Below, piece after piece: positions 56,400 through 64,000 of a stretch of 64,000 nucleotides of DNA. Position numbers and translations under genes: made by a program. The stretch is from Escherichia phage vB_EcoS_HASG4, in the sequence record NC_100331.1. One strand, written 5' to 3'. The notes beneath the pieces were generated by a model. The model made no database searches. It was not told where the DNA came from and saw only the letters and a list, made by a program, of their open reading frames with translations. Every line of letters starts with the position of its first letter. Position 1 is the first letter of the stretch.

Positions 56400-59249
56400 T
56401 TAAATAGTAGCCCAACCAACAGATTGCTCACCATTTTCCCCCTCTGCTCTAATCCTAAATCGTAGTTTACGATTAATTCCTAAAGCACCGGAGTTTAATA
56501 GTGCAAAATCCGCCTTATTATATGTTAATAGATAGTCATAGGTATAGGCATCCTCTATCCTAATACTACGAAGCATTCTATCCCGAGAATCATGTATTTC
56601 TAGAGTGTAATAGATTTCTGGAATTATTTCTTCCTCAGGTATCTTATCCCAAGCAAGTTTCACATCTGGACCAACAAATTCGGTTACATCTCCAGAAGCT
56701 GTATTAATTACTCTGAAGTTACTAACTACACTCAAGTTTCTAGCAGAGTTAAGATCCACGGAAAGAGTAACAGGAGAGCTACGTCTACCATTAATATCAA
56801 CAGCACGTAGTTCAAAAATAGCTAAACCAGCAGGCTCACCTATAATCTCCTGAATCATCCTTTCATTAGGATTATTCTCTAATTGCTGAATTATATAAGG
56901 ATCTACATGACCGGAATGGGCTATAGAATAATACACTACGTTATTAGTAAGACTAGGTAGCCAAGATAGTTCCCCATTTTTACCTATAGCACCTATCATA
57001 CCACCAGGAGTTGGTGTATACTTAAAGTCTCTAGGAGGAAGGACATTATTACTAATATCTGGAATATCATTACCACTGTTATCCACTTGATCAGAGTTGA
57101 TAAATACATCTTCACCATACTCTTGTAGTGTTAAGTTAATCTTACCATCACGAGTATTTTCTACTTCATCTACTAGGAAGAACTTGTCTTTCCACCCATA
57201 ACGCTCATAAGTAAAAGCAATCGGATCATTTGGCTCTATACCAACGAACTTATATGGTACTGAGAAACTAAGTGTACGTGAGTATCTAGATTTTTTAAGC
57301 TCTCTATCTGCGTAACTACGAGCAGTGTAGTAGTTAGTAATATTTGCAAAAGATAGCTGAAGTTTTTTATCTAAACCCTTATCCTGTTCTTTAAACTTAG
57401 AATTGTAGAATGTAATAGAGTTTGTTTTCCAGCTTAGTGCAGGATCTACTAGAGATGCTTGTACTGAGTTAAACTTATTTCTACCAGTAGTATCAGATAA
57501 GTCTAAGTCCCCATAAGTATCTAGAAAACTTATATTCAAAGGAGTTGTAGAGTGCTTCTCTACAGTTATTCTATACTCACCAGATAAGTTATTTATAGCT
57601 CCGCCAAAAGAATCCAGTACTCCTTGAACATTTTTAAATACTGATTCGGAGGTATCTAATATAGTGTTTAACTGAACTACTTGGCGATGTTCAGAAATAG
57701 AATCACTCCAACCAACATATCTCCAATATGGTTGCCAGCTAACCTGATAAGACTCATCAATTATATCTAGAATTTTTGCTTCTGATATAATCTTTTGTAG
57801 TGGGAACTGATCTAGAGTTATATTAGCTCCATAACGTTCAGAGGTTAGATAGTCCATAAGCTGCCAGATACCGTTAAGGCTAGTTTTATCAGCTTTAACA
57901 GATCCATCCGAACTATATACTTTGACTTTCTTACCTTGTACTTCAGCACTAATTTCTGGAATTTCAGTTCTATTCTCATTAATAGTAAATCTAACTACAG
58001 CGTAGGCTGTGTCTAAGAGCTTATAACGAGAATCCCAGTATTCTGGTCCATTGCCATTTTGGTTCTGTAAATAGAAACCTTTTCTTTTAGCAATATCCAC
58101 TAATACTTGAGCTGCTGTCTGGTCTGGTTTGCCATGAAAAGTCCATATTCTTATGTCACCATTACCATCATTATACTTATACTCCTGACCATGAACAGAA
58201 GGTTGAGACGTGCTTGTACCAGCAGCTAGTCTATGCATTGTATCACCCACTAGTTTCTTACGACCGAAGCAGGTTCTAGCATTGGAATCTGTTTCATCGA
58301 AACAGATCATTGGGCTGTCCCCAATATAGAAATCTAGGAATCCGTCAATTTCTCCTTCCGAAAACGCATAGACTACATACACTATATTAGGGTTATTTAG
58401 CTCAGTATCTGCAAAAATAGGGATACCAGGAATTTTCTGAACTCCATATACAACAGGTATAAATTTAGCAGCTAAGTTAAAGTCTAGGTCAACTTCTTTA
58501 GTTACAGTCTCATAATACTTTTTAAGACTGTAACTTCTTGATAGACCAAAGAGTTTCTTCTTGGACTGAAGTTTATAACGCTCTTCTTTTACTTGATATT
58601 TAGCTAATATAGTGGTACTTTTATTAGAATGAAAGAAGCCATAGTCTTCCTGATATTCAGGACGTTTAGCACCATTAGAAGGCTGTAATTGTCCATTAAC
58701 AACTTCAAGTCCTCGGTGAGAAGCATCATCGGTATAACGACCGTTTACTCTATCAAAGTCATAGAACTGGTTAGAACAGTTCCATGTTATAACAGAAGTT
58801 CCTATACCAGAAGTACTAACATTATCCTTTATTCCACCTCCAGTAATTTTACCACGAAAGAATAGTAAAGGCCCGTTAGTATCAGGATCTACAGGAAGAA
58901 TATTACCTTCTTCATCAATTATAGCTTGATGTATAGTGATAGTTCTATCTAAGAAAGATACCCCATTTTGAACTAGTTTTAATACTTCATCTTCTGCTGT
59001 ACCAGTTATGGTAAAAGATAGGCTACCAATAGATAGTTCACGATTTTGTTTATGAGAGCCGATACTTTTTACTTTACCAGATCTATACAAGATTCCATTA
59101 TAAGTAATATCTCTAAAGTAGTCAGTTAAATAAATATAAGTAGCAGCAGAGCCTGATGAACTAGGAAGCTCTAAAGCTATAAGACAAGCTGTTTTTAGCT
59201 TGTCATGAGTATTAAGATATGTTTTAGCACTATCGAGTATCTGCTTCAT
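56400..59249 (-). CDS. baseplate hub protein (T5 pb3-like)
   Basis: 949 aa, same length and position as T5 pb3. Confidence 0.7.
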   Translation of the reverse strand: MKQILDSAKTYLNTHDKLKTACLIALELPSSSGSAATYIYLTDYFRDITYNGILYRSGKVKSIGSHKQNRELSIGSLSFTITGTAEDEVLKLVQNGVSFLDRTITIHQAIIDEEGNILPVDPDTNGPLLFFRGKITGGGIKDNVSTSGIGTSVITWNCSNQFYDFDRVNGRYTDDASHRGLEVVNGQLQPSNGAKRPEYQEDYGFFHSNKSTTILAKYQVKEERYKLQSKKKLFGLSRSYSLKKYYETVTKEVDLDFNLAAKFIPVVYGVQKIPGIPIFADTELNNPNIVYVVYAFSEGEIDGFLDFYIGDSPMICFDETDSNARTCFGRKKLVGDTMHRLAAGTSTSQPSVHGQEYKYNDGNGDIRIWTFHGKPDQTAAQVLVDIAKRKGFYLQNQNGNGPEYWDSRYKLLDTAYAVVRFTINENRTEIPEISAEVQGKKVKVYSSDGSVKADKTSLNGIWQLMDYLTSERYGANITLDQFPLQKIISEAKILDIIDESYQVSWQPYWRYVGWSDSISEHRQVVQLNTILDTSESVFKNVQGVLDSFGGAINNLSGEYRITVEKHSTTPLNISFLDTYGDLDLSDTTGRNKFNSVQASLVDPALSWKTNSITFYNSKFKEQDKGLDKKLQLSFANITNYYTARSYADRELKKSRYSRTLSFSVPYKFVGIEPNDPIAFTYERYGWKDKFFLVDEVENTRDGKINLTLQEYGEDVFINSDQVDNSGNDIPDISNNVLPPRDFKYTPTPGGMIGAIGKNGELSWLPSLTNNVVYYSIAHSGHVDPYIIQQLENNPNERMIQEIIGEPAGLAIFELRAVDINGRRSSPVTLSVDLNSARNLSVVSNFRVINTASGDVTEFVGPDVKLAWDKIPEEEIIPEIYYTLEIHDSRDRMLRSIRIEDAYTYDYLLTYNKADFALLNSGALGINRKLRFRIRAEGENGEQSVGWATI

Positions 59250-59860
59250 AGACTTTCCCTCAAGGAAAGTGAAATACCAGAGTAAGTACCATTGTTATTT
59301 AATGTAGAACCAAAAGAATCAGCATTCATTAGCTTAGTTCTAAATAAGATACCATTAAAAACTGGTTTTTCACTACCCGTAGTAGTAATAAATAGGTCAG
59401 GATATAAGGATAAGTTCCATACATTTCCTGAGCTAGTAAAATTTGTTATTTTATAGACTTTTGGGTGGTTGGATAATTTAAATAGATCTCCAGCTTTTGG
59501 TAGTCCTGTTAAGGTTCCATTAGTATTTAGTATAATCTGGGAACCTTTCTGTCCGGCTGGTATAGTAACACTTTTAGTATCACCACGTACTCTAAATGCT
59601 TCATACTGAGGTAGAAGTACTTCTAGATAATCTCCAGTTCTTTTATATTCTAAAATTTTAGAATCTAGGAACGCATATTCATCTGGGAAAAGTTCCGGGT
59701 ATGAGATATTAATTCCCCAGTATTGAGCAGATATTTTAACCTCTTTGACTTTACCATTAGGTAATTCATCACGAATCATAGGGTCATTATCTACTACGTT
59801 GACGCTTTCAAAACCTAACCCTGGGTACTCTGGGTTCGTGTATGGATCTGGTAGTCTCAT
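59246..59860 (-). CDS. distal tail protein Dit (T5 pb9-like)
   Basis: 204 aa, same length and position as T5 pb9; start/stop overlap with hub gene. Confidence 0.65.
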   Translation of the reverse strand: MRLPDPYTNPEYPGLGFESVNVVDNDPMIRDELPNGKVKEVKISAQYWGINISYPELFPDEYAFLDSKILEYKRTGDYLEVLLPQYEAFRVRGDTKSVTIPAGQKGSQIILNTNGTLTGLPKAGDLFKLSNHPKVYKITNFTSSGNVWNLSLYPDLFITTTGSEKPVFNGILFRTKLMNADSFGSTLNNNGTYSGISLSLRESL

Positions 59861-59887
59861 AGTTAATTTCTCCTCTTTAATAACAAT

Positions 59888-59916
59888 ATTATAATAGTAT
59901 TGGAAAATTTTATCAA
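59888..59916 (-). promoter_or_regulatory. sigma70-like promoter (TTGATA-N17-TATAAT) upstream of the Dit gene
   Basis: Plus strand ATTATA at 59888-59893 and TATCAA at 59911-59916. Confidence 0.4.
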
Positions 59917-59929
59917 GAAATTTTTATTT

Positions 59930-59962
59930 TTCCATAAAGAAAAGGAGGACATAAAGTCCTCC
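59930..59962 (-). terminator. rho-independent terminator after the tape-measure gene
   Basis: Hairpin GGAGGACATAAAGTCCTCC with a T-run on the minus strand. Confidence 0.6.
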
Positions 59963-59969
59963 TCCAATA

Positions 59970-62900
59970 TTACATATTACCAAGAGATTTAAGGGTGGAT
60001 CCATTCTCATTAAGAGCCAGTTCCACGGCATCTCTTAAAGCAGTGCTGTTATTCGATGCAAAATCTCTAAAGCTAGCAGCATCCATTGTGCTAATATTCA
60101 GAATGATTGGTCTTCCAGAGGTAGTCTTTGATCCATCGGAAAGCTGATCATTAGGTGTAGCTTTCATAGGAACCATGGGAGTAATTACCTCGGTACCGTG
60201 CTCACCCATTTGATAGCTTACTCCAGGGTACATCATACCGCCTTCCGCACGTGGAACAAAGGAGTTAGCATTACCGATACCTTTATCACCACGTAGGTAG
60301 GATAATTCTCCTGAGCTAGCCTGCATAGATACATCAACGTTCTTCTGTCGTTCACCTAGAGTTAAATACTGAGTAGTATCTGCTCCAGAGTCAGCGATAG
60401 AAGACATACCAGATGCAGAAGATGCCTGAGCAAGAGCTAGTGCACCTGCCAAACCTGCCGCCACCATTAGAGGAATAGAGAACGGATATGGTACAGCTGT
60501 TGCTGCTTGCATTACTGCTACTGCTGTCTGAATGATAATCTGTTTCTTAGCTGCATCCTGTTGAATTTTAAGCTTTTCAGCTTCTAATTTCTTCAGTTTA
60601 GCTTTAGATGCCTCAGATTTACCATCACGCTTCTGTTCTGCGGCAATAGCCTGATCAATTGCACTAACCTGCTGACTAGTACTATATTGAATCATAGAAG
60701 CCACAGTTTGCATACCAGAAGCAATCATAGACGTAGTATCTAAAGATCCCTGAGAGAATTGAATCATAGAGTTGGTTAAATTACCCATACTCTGAGCCAC
60801 AGCGGTTGCTTCAGAATTTAATTCAGACAGCTTAGAGATTGCCTGATCATAAGAAGCCATTCTATTTTGCATATCAGCAAAATCTTTATCTTCTCCAGAT
60901 AACCCCGTTGTAGGAGTGTACACAGCACCCACAGAGGATCCTACCTGTTGTTGCATTTGAGCATTACGTTGCGCTGTTAAAGCAGACATTTGAGCCCTTG
61001 TCTTAGCTATTTCAGCATTCCAGCGCATCTGCTCATTAGCATTACCTTTAGTAAGTTCCTTCATCTGAGTATAAAAATCTAGCTGCATTTCCATTTTCTG
61101 CATTTCCCCAGCCAGAGGGAACATGGAAGTTAGTGTATTTTCAAAGGCTTCTTGCCTTTTGCGGGTCATTTCAGCTTGCTGATCTTGGCGGAATTTCCAG
61201 ATTTCACGCTCTATCTGTGCTTGAGCACGCCTAGATTGTTCAGCCTCTTTTTGTTTATCAGCTTGTTTTGTATACCATTCGTACTTCTCTTTTTCAATGG
61301 TCAATTCAAGATTTAACTGTGCTAGACGATACTGAGTATCTGTCATAGTACGGTTATTTAAGAGAGCTATCTCACGATCTACACCAAGAATTTTATCTGT
61401 GTAATCCTTGACCTTCTTCTGAGCTTCCATACCCTGATTGGTAAGTTTAAGTTTCTCCAGCTGAATTTTTTCAATTTCTTTCTCAACAGCTTTATTTCCC
61501 TGGTTTGTTTGAAGAACGCGGCGTAAAGCAGTTTCTTGCTCTTCTAACTGTTGCAACTCTAAACGTCTACCAGCTTCCTGAGCTTTTTCCTTATCCTTAG
61601 TTTGATTATACACATCAGCTATTTTCTGTTGAACTGCTAACTGATTTTTAGTTTCATTACCCGTTAGTTTAACGTACTCGGATAAGGCTTGGGAAGCAGT
61701 TTTCATCTCAGATAAGGTGTTAAACCCTAAGTTGAGACTTTTAACATACTCATCCGCACTCTTACCAGTTCCTGCGGAGAGAGATTCTACATTTCTAATT
61801 ACCTCTTCAAAAGTTGCACTAGTTTTAGCAGCGGTATCTGTACTACTAGCTATATTTTGAAAGTCATTAGCTAAGTCACTAGCAGTTTTCTTAGTCTGAT
61901 TATATGCTTTTTGTTGTTCAGTTAGTCCTTTTAATACAGTAGAGTTAAAATCGTATACAGCATCAGGATCAGTAGTATCTCTCTGTAGATTAATCTGTTT
62001 CTGAAACTCTGGATTAGCCTTTGCAGCAGCAGCCCCAGCAGCTTGATACGCTGATTTCCAAGCATTGAGGTTCTCTGTAGAATCCTCTACTTCCTTACCG
62101 AGTCTAGTTACTTGTAGACCCATAGCTGCGGTTTCTTCTACAAACTTTTTATTAGCTTCGGAAGCACCCGCGGCTGCAAGACCAACAGGAATACCTTCAC
62201 CAACTTGACGTATAGCTAGTTTTGTATAGAAATCTGCTTGTTCCATTCGTTTATCGAACTCAGATTTTAGCTTATTACGCTTATCAAGAGATTCCTTATA
62301 CATATCTAGAGCTTTATTATAGCCTTCTTCAGAAGCAGCTAAACTTAAAGCAACAGCACCAACGTTGGTAGGGTCTATTTGTCTATTAGTTTTTTCTTGA
62401 GCCCTAGCTGCCTCAGCAGATATAGAAGCCTGAGATGTATAAAATACTGTGTTGATAGCATCAATTACTGGCCCTAAATACTTAGCAGCAGCTTGTTGTA
62501 TTTTTCTTAGTGCAGCATCTGCATTAGCAGCAAATTGCTCCCATGGAGTTGCACGTAGTACTTCATCTAGGTATCCAAACCGTTTAGTAGATTCAGCAAT
62601 TACCGCATTAGCATATGCTTGTTGTTTCTGGAAAGTGGTAAGGCTATTAATATTATATGTTATACCTGTGTTTGCAGCATTTAACTGTTTAACGTAATCA
62701 GCATAAGCATCGTTAAGACGAATAGTAACACCAAGTTCATCCAGAAGTTCGATTTCTTGTTTAGATACACCCTTAATTACACGGTTAAGTGCATCAGTCA
62801 TATCAACTCCAAGAACAGCAGCAGCACGACGAGCTACTAAACCAAATTTATTGAGTTGTTCGGCATCAAATCCATAAGCGGACGCTGAGGATGCTTGCCT

Positions 62901-63653
62901 CATAGCTTCTTCAAAAGAGATTGCATAGCCAGCTGCCTCTTGCAGTGATCTAGCAAGGGACTGAACAGGAGTACCTGTCTGAGTACCTACTATAACACCA
63001 AATTTTTCTAGACGATTTAGCTGGTCACCTAGTTTAAGTTGTTCGAATGCAGATTGCAAAACGAAGATGTTGGAAGCAAGAGCTGCATACATAATAGGTA
63101 AACTACCACCTATCTTAGCCATTGCTGCAAAATCACGAGTTGCACCGCGTGCTGAACCAGAAGTATTACCAATAGCTCTAGAGGCTCTACCAGCGGCACC
63201 AGCAGTATCATTAAAACCTCTAGCTGTACCGCCTAAAACTCTATTGGTATCATACAATCTATCTTGAACTTTTTCTGTTGCAGCTGCAACATCATTACCC
63301 ATTGCTTTAACAGATCTAGAAACTCCGTCGAATCCAATCTCTAGTTTATCTGTTACTTCAATAAGTTGGATAGCCAGGTAATCTAGCTTATCACCAATAC
63401 CATCAATGGATTTAGTGATACCAGCCATACCCCTACTAGCTTGCATTTTAGTAAGACTTTTCGCTGCCCTATCCGCTGCCCTCTCAATGGAGTAAAGGGT
63501 TTTGGGCATTTTACCTAACTGCTCATTTGTCAGTTCGGAAGCAGCAGCAGCGTTTTCTAACGCATCAGATACGTTTTCAATAGACTTTGCAGTACGAGTT
63601 GCCCCCTTCTGTTTAACGTCTATTAATAATTCTCGTATTAGCTTATCAGTCAT
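59970..63653 (-). CDS. tail tape measure protein (T5 pb2-like)
   Basis: 1227 aa, long Ala/Gln/Lys-rich helical coiled-coil, Gly/Ala-rich hydrophobic segment, C-terminal globular region. Confidence 0.85.
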   Translation of the reverse strand: MTDKLIRELLIDVKQKGATRTAKSIENVSDALENAAAASELTNEQLGKMPKTLYSIERAADRAAKSLTKMQASRGMAGITKSIDGIGDKLDYLAIQLIEVTDKLEIGFDGVSRSVKAMGNDVAAATEKVQDRLYDTNRVLGGTARGFNDTAGAAGRASRAIGNTSGSARGATRDFAAMAKIGGSLPIMYAALASNIFVLQSAFEQLKLGDQLNRLEKFGVIVGTQTGTPVQSLARSLQEAAGYAISFEEAMRQASSASAYGFDAEQLNKFGLVARRAAAVLGVDMTDALNRVIKGVSKQEIELLDELGVTIRLNDAYADYVKQLNAANTGITYNINSLTTFQKQQAYANAVIAESTKRFGYLDEVLRATPWEQFAANADAALRKIQQAAAKYLGPVIDAINTVFYTSQASISAEAARAQEKTNRQIDPTNVGAVALSLAASEEGYNKALDMYKESLDKRNKLKSEFDKRMEQADFYTKLAIRQVGEGIPVGLAAAGASEANKKFVEETAAMGLQVTRLGKEVEDSTENLNAWKSAYQAAGAAAAKANPEFQKQINLQRDTTDPDAVYDFNSTVLKGLTEQQKAYNQTKKTASDLANDFQNIASSTDTAAKTSATFEEVIRNVESLSAGTGKSADEYVKSLNLGFNTLSEMKTASQALSEYVKLTGNETKNQLAVQQKIADVYNQTKDKEKAQEAGRRLELQQLEEQETALRRVLQTNQGNKAVEKEIEKIQLEKLKLTNQGMEAQKKVKDYTDKILGVDREIALLNNRTMTDTQYRLAQLNLELTIEKEKYEWYTKQADKQKEAEQSRRAQAQIEREIWKFRQDQQAEMTRKRQEAFENTLTSMFPLAGEMQKMEMQLDFYTQMKELTKGNANEQMRWNAEIAKTRAQMSALTAQRNAQMQQQVGSSVGAVYTPTTGLSGEDKDFADMQNRMASYDQAISKLSELNSEATAVAQSMGNLTNSMIQFSQGSLDTTSMIASGMQTVASMIQYSTSQQVSAIDQAIAAEQKRDGKSEASKAKLKKLEAEKLKIQQDAAKKQIIIQTAVAVMQAATAVPYPFSIPLMVAAGLAGALALAQASSASGMSSIADSGADTTQYLTLGERQKNVDVSMQASSGELSYLRGDKGIGNANSFVPRAEGGMMYPGVSYQMGEHGTEVITPMVPMKATPNDQLSDGSKTTSGRPIILNISTMDAASFRDFASNNSTALRDAVELALNENGSTLKSLGNM

Positions 63654-63667
63654 GTTTTATTTTCCCA

Positions 63668-63700
63668 ATAAAAAAGGCTCTGGGCAAATCACCCAGAGCC
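63668..63700 (-). terminator. intrinsic terminator/attenuator immediately upstream of the tape-measure gene
   Basis: Minus-strand hairpin GGCTCTGGGTGATTTGCCCAGAGCC followed by TTTTTTT, about 15 nt before the TMP start. Confidence 0.6.
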
Positions 63701-63735
63701 AAGCCTCATCGTGGAACGCCCATTGGAGGAAACTT

Positions 63736-64000
63736 TTATCGTGCACGAGATTTAGCATGTGGCTTAACGTTAGGAATCCTTCCGTTTTGCGGCTTATGCT
63801 TCTCAGCACGTTTACGTGCAGCATCTACAGCTTTAGCATCAAATATATTGATGATGTGTAGAACAAATTCTTTTTCTATAGGATCAGTAATCCCATAAAT
63901 ATCAAATAAAACACCTAGAGCTGCTTTATCTTTACCTATAAAGATAGGAAAGTCACCAGGTATGAAACAGTCAATTAGACTATTATAAATATTCATACTA
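63736..64000 (-). CDS. C-terminal part of upstream tail gene (chaperone/tube candidate), truncated by window end
   Basis: ORF open to the window edge; basic C-terminus; position upstream of tape measure. Confidence 0.45.
   Translation of the reverse strand, partial: SMNIYNSLIDCFIPGDFPIFIGKDKAALGVLFDIYGITDPIEKEFVLHIINIFDAKAVDAARKRAEKHKPQNGRIPNVKPHAKSRAR

Noticed and set aside
1-64000. Integrase, attachment sites, transposase or prophage boundary
   Set aside because: No recombinase motifs or terminal inverted repeats found; gene content is that of a strictly lytic phage

Overview
This 64 kb window reads as one contiguous piece of a T5-like (Tequintavirus-type) lytic siphophage genome, judged from motif content and gene order; no search was run. 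Layout: (1) 1-9.5 kb, a minus-strand tRNA cluster (about 15 tRNA genes plus tRNA-like elements) interleaved with small early genes, an HNH endonuclease, a Toprim-only protein, and an antisense three-gene low-complexity cassette with its own promoter and terminator. (2) 9.5-22.2 kb, a minus-strand early block: SleB-like hydrolase, receiver-like domain protein, DnaQ-like exonuclease, NADAR, RNase H, thymidylate synthase, DHFR, NrdB, NrdA, PhoH. (3) 22.5-49.8 kb, a plus-strand early/replication block: NrdD, a Sir2-like/HAD-like accessory operon, a 930-aa primase-helicase-like NTPase behind a roughly 500-nt untranslated leader, a split NAD-dependent ligase, DnaB-like helicase, DnaG-like primase, family-A DNA polymerase, SF2 helicase, SSB-like protein, SbcCD-like nuclease, flap endonuclease, dUTPase. 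(4) 49.8-64 kb, minus-strand late tail genes: L-shaped tail fibre with 14-aa tandem repeats, pb4-like, pb3-like hub, pb9-like Dit, tape measure. Early genes sit behind a repeated TTGCTA-N17-TATAAT promoter with a conserved leader. The best candidates for something undescribed are the antisense Gly/Gln/Cys-rich cassette (5.8-7.6 kb), the Sir2-like/HAD-like/paralog-pair operon (24.5-27.8 kb), the purine-rich leader (27.9-28.4 kb) and the NADAR gene. All coordinates are hand-derived and may be off by a few nt; tRNA anticodons are tentative.
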